A stretch of 56,169 nucleotides of DNA from Candidatus Woesearchaeota archaeon (GTDB lineage Archaea; Nanobdellota; Nanobdellia; Woesearchaeales; UBA9642), in assembly GCA_013330595.1 (NCBI GenBank), contig DUIB01000018.1, positions 1-56,169 on the forward strand, given 5' to 3'. Positions 47,612 through 56,167 of this stretch are shown here, piece after piece. Numbering within the stretch: position 1 is the stretch's first letter; each line of letters begins with the position of its first letter. The notes under the pieces are model-generated. The model was not told the origin of the DNA, did no database searches, and was given only the letters and a program-made list of their open reading frames with translations. Made by a program: the position numbers and the translations under genes.

Positions 47612-48441
47612 GCATAATTCTAACCACGTATAATCGTAAAAGTTTATTAGAGATGACTTTAACAGCATTATTAAATCAAACAAACAAAAACTTTGAAATA
47701 CTTATAATTGATGATCATTCAAAAGACTCGACACAAGAATTCTCCATAGATTTTGTAAACAAAATAAATATGCCTTCAAAATATTTTCGAATAGAGAATG
47801 AGGGTAATAATTTGAGTATAGCAAGAAACATGGGTGCAGAATTCGCTAAAAACAAATATTTAGTGTTTATTGATGATGATATAGTGGTTTTGCCTAATTT
47901 TATTCAAGAGTACATACTACATTTTCAAAAAAATCCCGATGCAGTCTATCTAGGAAAATTATTATATGTCAAGTCACAATCATTAGAAAATATAACACTA
48001 GAAGATATCAAAAATAAAAAATGGGATATTTTAAATCAACATTTATATTCAAAAATCGATCCTAGAAAAGACACATTAAGAGATCTTCCAGATTACTATA
48101 AGGTGTGGGGAGGAAATATGGGCATTGCAAAAACACATTTCTATTGTTTAAATGGATACGATGAAGACTTTAAATCATGGGGTGGATTAGATTCAGATTT
48201 AGGATTACGATTAAAAAGAAACGGAAATCCATTAGTTTTATTGGATGACTGTATAGGATATCATATGGGTACAAACTTTAAATCAATGTCTGAGATTCAA
48301 AAAGAGAGAGGTGTAAGAATGTTTGAAGATGAAAAAATGCACGATACTAGTATCATAAGAAATCTCAATCCAGACACTAATTCTAACAAACCAATAATAG
48401 TTTACTATAATAAAAAAAATTATCCTACTAAATTATTTTAA
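47596..48441 (+). CDS. glycosyltransferase family 2
   Basis: ISIILTTYNRKSLLEMTLTALLNQT, IIDDHSKD, and VFIDDD (DxD). Confidence 0.8.
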   Translation: MEDQISIILTTYNRKSLLEMTLTALLNQTNKNFEILIIDDHSKDSTQEFSIDFVNKINMPSKYFRIENEGNNLSIARNMGAEFAKNKYLVFIDDDIVVLPNFIQEYILHFQKNPDAVYLGKLLYVKSQSLENITLEDIKNKKWDILNQHLYSKIDPRKDTLRDLPDYYKVWGGNMGIAKTHFYCLNGYDEDFKSWGGLDSDLGLRLKRNGNPLVLLDDCIGYHMGTNFKSMSEIQKERGVRMFEDEKMHDTSIIRNLNPDTNSNKPIIVYYNKKNYPTKLF

Positions 48442-49188
48442 ACTATTAACACTGACCTCAAAAAGAAGTTCTATTCCCTTTTTTAAACTATTATCGTGAA
48501 ACCCCGGATTCCAGGAAAAATCCTTAGTTGCAACATCTGATATTACGAATATCGCTGCACTCTTTATCTTACGATGTTGAGAGATCGCAAATACTGCTGC
48601 TGATTCCATATCTGAGGTAATTATTCCTTGTTTGCGTAATTCTCTACATTTAGATACACTTAACCTGTAAGGCGCATCTGTTGTTACAGTAGGACCTTTT
48701 ATGTAGGGTATATGCATATTTTTTAGATTCTTCTCTATTCTTTGATTTAGTTCTTTATTTGGATATACAAATTTTGAAGGAGGAACATAAAATTTTGACG
48801 TACCTTCGTATCGCAATGCTTTTGTACACAAAACAATCCCGCCAATAGGAATATTTTTATATTGTAATGATCCAGCGATACCAATATTTAATATAGTGTT
48901 AATTCTTCTTGCAATAAGTCTCTCAAGAATGAGCGCCATCATTGGTGCACCGATGCCTATTTTAATAATTCCTATTTTAATATTATCGCACTCAAAGATA
49001 TAATACCCATATCCTAGAAGAGTTTCTATTTTTTTGGCATTAAATTTATTTTTTGCAAGTTCAATAAACTCATCTTGGTAACACATTATACAAACTTTAG
49101 GATAAACCCTCAATTTAGAAAAATCATATTGTATATCATATTTAAGCTCAGTACTTGGTTCTATCCAACATTTTTCAGTATAGTTCAT
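48433..49188 (-). CDS. nucleoside phosphorylase (PNP_UDP_1 superfamily; MTA/uridine phosphorylase-like)
   Basis: GIGAPMMAL glycine-rich loop, ILNIGIAGSL, and TSDMESAAVFAI. Confidence 0.7.
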   Translation of the reverse strand: MNYTEKCWIEPSTELKYDIQYDFSKLRVYPKVCIMCYQDEFIELAKNKFNAKKIETLLGYGYYIFECDNIKIGIIKIGIGAPMMALILERLIARRINTILNIGIAGSLQYKNIPIGGIVLCTKALRYEGTSKFYVPPSKFVYPNKELNQRIEKNLKNMHIPYIKGPTVTTDAPYRLSVSKCRELRKQGIITSDMESAAVFAISQHRKIKSAAIFVISDVATKDFSWNPGFHDNSLKKGIELLFEVSVNSLK

Positions 49189-49229
49189 TTTAATAATGAG
49201 TATGTTAGTGACTATAATTTAATAATGTT

Positions 49230-49461
49230 ACTATTTTTCGTATTGACTTAGTTAACTGAAGCATTACTGTCAATGTGTCAAGACTTTGTCTTGATCATGC
49301 TCAGAAATACATTACATTTCTGACATGTGAACATTCTAGAGTATCACGTTATAAAAAATGTTCAGGATTGCAAGTGGAATATTTTTTCTTCGATAAACAC
49401 ATAACAATGTGAACGACAGTAATGCTTTTCACTTCAGAATACTAAGTCAATACTATTTTTC
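49230..49461. mobile_element. MITE-like element: imperfect ~45-bp terminal inverted repeats, 10-bp flanking direct repeat, internal hairpins
   Basis: Direct repeat actatttttc at 49230-49239 and 49452-49461. IR blocks gtattgacttagt 49240-52 / actaagtcaatac 49441-53, ctgaag/cttcag, and cattactgtc/gacagtaatg. The interior carries element E3 and hairpin tgaacatt/aatgttca. Confidence 0.55.
49276..49326 (-). repeat. Two-stem structured element, minimal copy E3 (inside the MITE-like element)
   Basis: The minus strand reads atg tcagaaat gtaatgt atttctga gcatga tcaagac aaa gtcttga ca. Stems are 49301-08/49316-23 and 49278-84/49288-94. Confidence 0.6.
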
Positions 49462-49672
49462 TATAAAGCTTATCCTTTGATTTATAATATATCCCCTTAA
49501 TAAGTTGTCTTTTCTTGTTTTTGACATTATAGTCAATTAGCGGGATATAGGGATATCTCTAAATGGAAACACATTTTTTTAGTTTTTGTTACTTTTTAGT
49601 GTTGTCGATAAGTATTTAAATAACGACGTCTTATTTATAGACGGAGAACGTGTTTTTTGTCGTCGGTGATTT

Positions 49673-50377
49673 ATGGTGAAAATTCTTATCTTAAATGGGC
49701 ATGGAATACGACTTTATGTTGATAATTCTAAGGTTCATTTAAAGGATGGCCGATGGAATATCACAGATACTCCTGAAGAATATGTTTACAGTCCTAGAAA
49801 GATTGATTTGGATCACATTGTTATCTACGGCCAAAACGGAAATATTACCTTTGATGCGGTTAGATGGCTTATCAAGCATGACATTCAGATTAGTTTTCTT
49901 AATTGGGATGGTAAATTATTGACAACTATGCTTCCTAATCAAAGTGTTCAGATTGATGCTAAATTCTCTCAATATTCAGTCTATAAGGATGCTAAACTCA
50001 GGGTTTTCCTGGCAAAGTACTTTATTAAAGCAAAATTTGCAAGGACTCAATCCGTCTTAGACTATTTACATTCTAGGTATCCTGTTGTTAGGACTGATTT
50101 CAGTAAGGAAGAAGCTATGTTAGAAAGAGCAGAAAGTACAACAAAACTAGCAGAACAATTATTCGAAACACCAACAGATTATGAACTAAAAATCAAAGAC
50201 AACTTGGTAAGAGCTCATGTAAAAAAGTTACAAAAATACAGGATACTAAATGCTCAACAAACAAATAATGTTACAAGATACCGTGTGAACCAAGATGTAA
50301 TAAAAATAACAGACACCAAAACACACCTAGTAGTGAAGAATATTGATACAGGAATTGAATCACATATATTAATATGA
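49673..50377 (+). CDS. Cas1-like protein, apparently truncated (N-terminal beta domain plus start of helical domain only)
   Basis: The first ~135 aa follow the Cas1 pattern (ILILNGHGIRLYV..., IDLDHIVIYGQNGNITFDAVRWLIKHDIQISFLNWDGKLL, ...LRVFLAKYFIKAKFARTQSVL). The last ~70 aa are A-rich low complexity without the catalytic His/Asp region. SD ggtgat precedes the ATG. Confidence 0.55.
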   Translation: MVKILILNGHGIRLYVDNSKVHLKDGRWNITDTPEEYVYSPRKIDLDHIVIYGQNGNITFDAVRWLIKHDIQISFLNWDGKLLTTMLPNQSVQIDAKFSQYSVYKDAKLRVFLAKYFIKAKFARTQSVLDYLHSRYPVVRTDFSKEEAMLERAESTTKLAEQLFETPTDYELKIKDNLVRAHVKKLQKYRILNAQQTNNVTRYRVNQDVIKITDTKTHLVVKNIDTGIESHILI

Positions 50378-50405
50378 TATATAAAGAAAAATATTAATAT
50401 CTATT

Positions 50406-51323
50406 TTAGGTAAAGTGAGAGATCACTAATTGCTTTTCTTTATCTTCGGATAACGATACTATCCCAACATATTGTAGTTGTCTCAATGATTTGTAAATAC
50501 GTGATTTAGGAACTTTCTCAATCAATCTAACATACACCTGGTATAATTTATCTAGAGAAATTTCGTGTAATTCACTAAGTGCTAAGCTATCTCTCAAAAA
50601 ATAAAAGCAAGACATAATATTAATAAATCTTTTTATTTTAAATTGTAATATGTTAACAAGATAGTCTAAATGATTTTTTACAATATCACATAATATATCA
50701 TCAACTGTTTCACCTAATAATTTTTCAGGTCTAATATTTTTATCTCGGCGTTTTTCTTCAAGTATAGAATGTACTTCGTTTGTTGCGAGAAACTCTCCAT
50801 CTCGATTACGCTCAATGTATCCTATTGATATTAAAAAATCTATATATTTCATATATTTCTCTTCTTTTGATATTACAGAATCGATTTCTATTTTATCTTT
50901 ATCTACAAGTTGTACCAGTAAATAGTGGAATTTCTGGAATAAATACGCGACGCCAGATAAATGTAATAACTGTTTTATTATATCTTTATTTTCCAAGACA
51001 GAAAGCGTAATACTATTCCGCAAATTCAGGAACTCTGATTTAATGTTCTCATTCAATATTTTTCTTTTAATTCTAATTCTTTCACTGGACGTATGCTCAA
51101 ATGTATATATGTTATCAAATGTGATTGCCCTAATGTAAACTTTTTTGTTAGGTTCATCAAAAATATTGAATACTTTAGAATATGCTAACTGAACTATATA
51201 TCTATTTTCTTTTTTTGTTACTTTATGAATACCTATATTTAATCCAAATTCATCTAATAAATACCTATTTATAGATAATTTTACATTATCTTCTGAGTCC
51301 GAATCTAATTTATGAGTTTTCAA
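50406..51323 (-). CDS. hypothetical protein (305 aa) with wHTH-like segment
   Basis: YMKYIDFLISIGYIERNRDGEFLATNE resembles a winged-helix. Overlaps the upstream peptidase-like gene by 14 nt. Confidence 0.45.
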   Translation of the reverse strand: MKTHKLDSDSEDNVKLSINRYLLDEFGLNIGIHKVTKKENRYIVQLAYSKVFNIFDEPNKKVYIRAITFDNIYTFEHTSSERIRIKRKILNENIKSEFLNLRNSITLSVLENKDIIKQLLHLSGVAYLFQKFHYLLVQLVDKDKIEIDSVISKEEKYMKYIDFLISIGYIERNRDGEFLATNEVHSILEEKRRDKNIRPEKLLGETVDDILCDIVKNHLDYLVNILQFKIKRFINIMSCFYFLRDSLALSELHEISLDKLYQVYVRLIEKVPKSRIYKSLRQLQYVGIVSLSEDKEKQLVISHFT

Positions 51324-51960
51324 TTTTAGTTTGCCCCTTATTTTTCATATCTTTTAATCGATAAGTATCTAATATAATCTTTATGTATGATTTTATATGT
51401 CTCGAATGTTGTGATACATCTAAATAACTTATTTTTATGGGTTCTTTATTAGCATATGGTAATTGATACAAAGGATCAACAAATAATAATGTCTCGCCTC
51501 CTTTTTTATAACCAATTAATAATAATATATGTTTTTTATCTTCCTTGTATATATTATTTCCAATATTAAACTCATACACATCTTTAAGAGCTGGAGCGAT
51601 TATCTTTAGGATACTCATCTCAAAAAATACTGGAACACATGAACCATTTTTGCCATCCGAAAATTGAACAAATGTATCATGAATATCAGAGTACCCTATT
51701 TTGTTTGTTCTATATGGCACACCGATTTTTTGGAGTTCATTATTAAATTTCTGAAAATTATGCCTTTCATTTTCGGCACCATCTGATTCATCATAATTAA
51801 ATATTACTTTTATTCTTTCTATATCCAGATCATAACCTAAGTTATGAAATACTACATTAAGAGCGTTTATCTGACATGCCGGTTGATCGCCTTTTATTAA
51901 ATTATTCGGTATGTCAATATCGATAACCTTTTCTGTATTACTGAGTGTTTTTCTCTTCAT
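51310..51960 (-). CDS. papain-fold cysteine peptidase-like protein (C39-like)
   Basis: QPACQINALNVVFHNLGY (Q..C active-site pattern) and KKHILLLIGYKKGGETLLFVDP (His then DP), as in C39-type peptidases. Confidence 0.45.
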   Translation of the reverse strand: MKRKTLSNTEKVIDIDIPNNLIKGDQPACQINALNVVFHNLGYDLDIERIKVIFNYDESDGAENERHNFQKFNNELQKIGVPYRTNKIGYSDIHDTFVQFSDGKNGSCVPVFFEMSILKIIAPALKDVYEFNIGNNIYKEDKKHILLLIGYKKGGETLLFVDPLYQLPYANKEPIKISYLDVSQHSRHIKSYIKIILDTYRLKDMKNKGQTKIENS

Positions 51961-52010
51961 TTATAAAGGGAAAAACAACATACTATTTAAAATTAATGAT
52001 ATATTCTTAA

Positions 52011-52223
52011 TTAGGAAAGCTCCATTCTTTTTTTGACAAGTGCAGGCATTATTCCGTTTTCTGACAACCATGATAAAAATATCGTCTTGACGACATCTGC
52101 TCTATCATCGCCTAATTCTCCGACTAATGAATCTATTAGCGAAAGTTGTTTATCGTTAAATGTTAGGTATACTCTTTTGCCCTTCTCAATAAAGTTGCTA
52201 TTTAGTTGCTTTTTGGCATCCAT
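52011..52223 (-). CDS. ribbon-helix-helix (CopG/Arc-like) protein
   Basis: KRVYLTFNDKQLSLIDSLVGELGDDRADVVKTIFLSWL fits a strand-helix-helix layout. Start trimmed to the ATG at 52223. Confidence 0.5.
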   Translation of the reverse strand: MDAKKQLNSNFIEKGKRVYLTFNDKQLSLIDSLVGELGDDRADVVKTIFLSWLSENGIMPALVKKRMELS

Positions 52224-52563
52224 ATAGCAACCAATAAGCATATACTTATATTTAAATATTGTTATAATGAATAATATATATTCAATAATTTAAATATCCT
52301 ATGGGACAATGTCTTGTGTGACCAAACAATCAAACTTTTATTATAACTTGATTCTTATGAACTAGCCTACCTACATCACATTCATGATGCGTTGAAACCA
52401 GTTTTCTGAGTAAGCCCTCATACACCATCGAATGATATATGGAGATTTTATTTATATAAGTTATACTATTGTACTATTGGTTTGAGAACAAGCTTCTAAA
52501 AGCCACTCTTTAATCCTCTTAGGTGAGTGGCTTTTAAATTCTTGTAACAGCAAGGTGATCTAT

Positions 52564-52686
52564 ATGGAAGAGGAAAATTATCATATTGAAATTGATTGTT
52601 CGAATGAAGCTAATGCTATCGTGTGCAAAGCAATAAAATCTAAGAATCCTAAGACACCAGCCACAATAGGCGTAAAAGGCGAATAA
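52564..52686 (+). CDS. 40-aa micro-ORF (MEEENYHIEIDCSNEANAIVCKAIKSK...)
   Basis: Its stop abuts the ATG of the next ORF (taaatg), making it the first of three tightly packed small ORFs. Below the ORF-track cutoff. Confidence 0.3.
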   Translation: MEEENYHIEIDCSNEANAIVCKAIKSKNPKTPATIGVKGE

Positions 52687-52881
52687 ATGCCAAAATTCGC
52701 GATATTATGCGGAAGCGGGACGTACAACAACTTCCTTACAGAGGTCAACACATTTCAGGCCAGGAATCAGGATGATGCATTTGAAAAAGGTGAAGACTAC
52801 TGCAACAATCTAGAAGCCAGCTTCATATTCCCACTAAATAAGGCCAACATAGATAAATTAAAGACACTAATCAACAGGTGA
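52687..52881 (+). CDS. hypothetical small protein (64 aa)
   Basis: Intact ORF in a segment that is visibly richer in G+C than its surroundings. Confidence 0.4.
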   Translation: MPKFAILCGSGTYNNFLTEVNTFQARNQDDAFEKGEDYCNNLEASFIFPLNKANIDKLKTLINR

Positions 52882-52887
52882 ATTAAA

Positions 52888-53118
52888 ATGTTCAAACATG
52901 TAGAAGCTTTCGTAAAATATCTTGATGAAAACAAAGTAGCAGCATTCGACCTAGACAAGGATTTACTACATCCACTAAACAAGACTGCAGAGACATGTGC
53001 AGTACTCATACATGGTGCAAAGGAAAGCGGAGAATTCGAAGTCACAGAACTAGTAAGGACAGAAGACTGCCGCAAAAAAATCACAGAACTATTATCAAAA
53101 AACATTCCACTAAAATAA
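52888..53118 (+). CDS. hypothetical small protein (76 aa)
   Basis: Intact ORF 6 nt after the previous one. The antisense ORF 52797-53105 is treated as a shadow. Confidence 0.4.
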   Translation: MFKHVEAFVKYLDENKVAAFDLDKDLLHPLNKTAETCAVLIHGAKESGEFEVTELVRTEDCRKKITELLSKNIPLK

Positions 53119-53229
53119 TACCTTATAACTTTTCTTTAAAGATTAGAACTAATAAGGGTTGTCTCTTATGTATAGTTCATCTGGCGTGGCAATCAAATGA
53201 GGTAAAATCGATTTGTTGAAACAAGTGAT

Positions 53230-54327
53230 TTAAGGACAAGAAAGTACTTTAAGTTCTATCATCTTATCTAATACTTTAGTTATGAATTTTTCCAATTCTC
53301 CTTTCTGTTCAATACGATCTTTTTTAAAAAATTGTTCGTCTAATATATATTCTGCCTCTAAATCATTATAGTCACCATCAGATTCGATTTTTATGTATTC
53401 ATCTAGTTTTGATTTTATCTTATCAAAGTCTCCTTTCTTAGGCTCGTCGATTTCAATAAAAAAAGAAAACTCCCATCCTTCATTCGAATCCTGTGCATTA
53501 AAACCAAAAGCTACATCTTTATTATTAATTTTAACTTCTTTATAGATAGTCGGACCAGAATCGCCCACTACAGAATTACCTCTATTTTTTTGTTTACAAT
53601 TCAACTTTGATTTTTTAAAAATTGAAGAGATATCTTCTAAAGTTTTATCGAATTGATCATATATTTTCCACATAGAAAAAAGATCGTTGTTACTTTGATT
53701 GTTTATTGATTGCCAAGCATTCATGTTTTCATCCTCCATATATTTAATTATCTCTTTAACAAGAAACGATTGCACTGAGTTGCTAACTAATTTATCAGAT
53801 ATTGATTTCAAAAAATAATGAACCTCATTCCATGGCATGTGCCTAAACTTTACTGAATCATTCATACAATTTTTTAACTTCTTCTCAACAGGGATATACT
53901 TTTCATAAGGATATGTGAGAAGTATGAATATTTTATTTTTATAATTCTGTCCATTTATCCAATTAATATATTTGAATAATGCTTCTTTTTCATCATTTAT
54001 CTCTTTATCGCTCAATATATTTGTTTCTTCACTATCTGCTCTTCTCTTGAGTGCTTTAGCACCCATCTTGCTCTCAATAATAATTAACGTATCTGCGGCT
54101 TTCTCAATAAAAATATCAAATTCGCCAATATCTTTGATAAAATATTCAGGAACTACCTTAAATGGTGATCCGATTTTAATTTTCGCGATATATCTTACAA
54201 ATTCTTTTGCGATTTCCTCATCAGAATGTAATAAATATGTTATGATTTGAGTAAAATATTCTTCATGAGGCGTTCTTTTTTCCTTACCTCTATATTTTTC
54301 TAGAGCTGAGAATAAATTACTCGTCAT
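53230..54327 (-). CDS. PD-(D/E)xK nuclease-fold protein with uncharacterised C-terminal domain
   Basis: The N-terminal EEYFTQIITYLL ... GEFDIFIEKAADTLIIIESKMGAK gives a D...ExK catalytic pattern. Confidence 0.5.
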   Translation of the reverse strand: MTSNLFSALEKYRGKEKRTPHEEYFTQIITYLLHSDEEIAKEFVRYIAKIKIGSPFKVVPEYFIKDIGEFDIFIEKAADTLIIIESKMGAKALKRRADSEETNILSDKEINDEKEALFKYINWINGQNYKNKIFILLTYPYEKYIPVEKKLKNCMNDSVKFRHMPWNEVHYFLKSISDKLVSNSVQSFLVKEIIKYMEDENMNAWQSINNQSNNDLFSMWKIYDQFDKTLEDISSIFKKSKLNCKQKNRGNSVVGDSGPTIYKEVKINNKDVAFGFNAQDSNEGWEFSFFIEIDEPKKGDFDKIKSKLDEYIKIESDGDYNDLEAEYILDEQFFKKDRIEQKGELEKFITKVLDKMIELKVLSCP

Positions 54328-54916
54328 TTTTATCCCCCATATATCTTCTGCTTTTTTTTATCATCTTAATTCTGTTTTCAACTTTTTCTTTCTCTTTTAA
54401 TAACCAATTTAGCTTTCTTTTTATATAGACTTTTGCATCAATGTCCCACTCATTTAACATCATCTGCCTAAACTCATCATCTCCATAGATCTTAACTACA
54501 TCTTTCTTTATATATATCTGCTTTTGTTTCCTATTTGATCCCTTGATTGTTTTGGTGAAAATAATATCTAAATCTTCAAGTTTTTTTACAGATTTAAAGG
54601 TCACACTATATTGGTTTGTTGTCCTTCTCAGAAGTTTGTTAATCTCATAGATTGTTGGAGTAATATCTTTCAAATCTTCCAAATAAAGAATAATTATTAG
54701 TTCGCTTACTTTTGGTATCCATAAATAATTATATAATCTTTCGCTAAATTCTCTTGGAGAAATTCTTTTATTATCTTTTTTACGCTTGAAGATTTCCCAA
54801 TGCTTAATCCAATACTCCTCTGAAAGATTTATTATATCAAGGTCACATTCTACATAGTCAATTATAGCAATTTTTAGGTGTTCCTTGTTCTCAATCCAAT
54901 CTAGGATATTACTCAT
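54317..54916 (-). CDS. hypothetical protein with wHTH-like segment
   Basis: IYEINKLLRRTTNQYSVTFKSVKKLEDLDIIFTK resembles a winged-helix. Overlaps the nuclease gene by 11 nt. Confidence 0.4.
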   Translation of the reverse strand: MSNILDWIENKEHLKIAIIDYVECDLDIINLSEEYWIKHWEIFKRKKDNKRISPREFSERLYNYLWIPKVSELIIILYLEDLKDITPTIYEINKLLRRTTNQYSVTFKSVKKLEDLDIIFTKTIKGSNRKQKQIYIKKDVVKIYGDDEFRQMMLNEWDIDAKVYIKRKLNWLLKEKEKVENRIKMIKKSRRYMGDKNDE

Positions 54917-55021
54917 AATATGTTCTCAATGGGAATATATATTTAAATTTAGCGTAAAATTCGGGAATATATGCATGGATTTTGAGTAAAGTTATTATAT
55001 ATCTTATATAGTGTTCAAGTC

Positions 55022-55996
55022 ATGAAATGTTTTTATTGTAATAAATATTTTAAGGAATCACCTCGATCTGTTACGGCTGTATTCCATCATAGAATGGATT
55101 TCTGTTCAGAAAAATGTTATCACAATTATTTCAAGAAAATAGGTAAAGATCTACCTTCAATGCATAAGAAAAAATCTTTTTGGTTTGATCATGTCTCTGA
55201 TTATCCTTCTTTCGAGCAGTTCAGGAAGGCTTTCGTGGTTTTTCTTAAAAAACGAGCCTTAAAGGATATTTATGATGATTCTTGGAGTTTTTACTGTAGA
55301 AACAATTACTCTCTTGAATATCAATTAGAGCAAACGAGAGCCATAAATAAGGTTTTTGACACGGTTTATGGCGTTGGGAAGGTCAGATGGGGTTTTATTC
55401 AGAACCATCCAGATGAGAAACTTCAGGAGAGCCTTTATTGGGGTCCATTTCTCACAATTAATGATTTAAGCTTCATACTGATGGCTAATAGTAAAATAAC
55501 TGTTGATAATTTCATCAGAACAACACTCAAACAGGCATTACTCAAAGAGATTAGTCATCTTAGTTTTAAAAGAACGAAAGCAACAACTCAGAAAGTGCTT
55601 AAGATTAACAATCACTTATGTCAGCAGTGCAATAATGAGAAAAGCACTTACAAAATTCATTTAAACAGGAAGATGATGCTCCTTTGTGATTATTGCTTTT
55701 ATTATCTGAAATATAAAAACAAAGATCAAAAAATAGTTGTTGATTCTCACTTAGCTACAAAAAAAGGTGTTGATAATAGGATTAAGGCAATAAAAAAGTT
55801 TTTGCTCCCAATGATAAGAAAAAAAATAGATAAGAAACTTGCAAATAACTTATGGATGATACACAAAGTAAAAGGAAGCGAAGCACTGTTGACTAAAATA
55901 AAAGAATATCCTGAATTATCTAAGTTCTTAGCAAAAAATAACATAAGCTATTATGAACTGATAAAGGCACTATCACTATTGAAGCTAGAAAAGTGA
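55022..55996 (+). CDS. zinc-ribbon protein (N-terminal TRASH/L24e-like CxxC...CxxxC plus internal CxxC...CxxC)
   Basis: CFYCNKYF...FCSEKCYHNYF at the N-terminus and CQQCNNEKS...CDYCFYY internally. Confidence 0.45.
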   Translation: MKCFYCNKYFKESPRSVTAVFHHRMDFCSEKCYHNYFKKIGKDLPSMHKKKSFWFDHVSDYPSFEQFRKAFVVFLKKRALKDIYDDSWSFYCRNNYSLEYQLEQTRAINKVFDTVYGVGKVRWGFIQNHPDEKLQESLYWGPFLTINDLSFILMANSKITVDNFIRTTLKQALLKEISHLSFKRTKATTQKVLKINNHLCQQCNNEKSTYKIHLNRKMMLLCDYCFYYLKYKNKDQKIVVDSHLATKKGVDNRIKAIKKFLLPMIRKKIDKKLANNLWMIHKVKGSEALLTKIKEYPELSKFLAKNNISYYELIKALSLLKLEK

Positions 55997-56014
55997 GAGA
56001 GTAAAAATAGCCCA

Positions 56015-56167
56015 CTAAGATAATTTTAGTTTCTTCCAATTCTTTGCCGGTTTAGAATATTTTATTGACACGTCTAATAGTTTAGCGAACATGTCTTCAG
56101 ATAATTTGTTTTTGTATTTGCCCACAAAATATTCATACAATCCCCTCTTAAAATCCTCATAATCAAT
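56015..56167 (-). CDS. partial ORF (C-terminal 50 aa; 5' end beyond the window)
   Basis: The minus-strand frame is open from the window edge to the TAG at 56015-56017 (...IDYEDFKRGLYEYFVGKYKNKLSEDMFAKLLDVSIKYSKPAKNWKKLKLS). Confidence 0.3.
   Translation of the reverse strand: MDYEDFKRGLYEYFVGKYKNKLSEDMFAKLLDVSIKYSKPAKNWKKLKLS

Noticed and set aside
52797-53105. A 102-aa minus-strand ORF antisense to the two small plus-strand genes
   Set aside because: Its serine- and leucine-rich composition is typical of an antisense frame. The plus-strand ORFs are tightly spaced in an operon-like way and are preferred, though both calls are weak.
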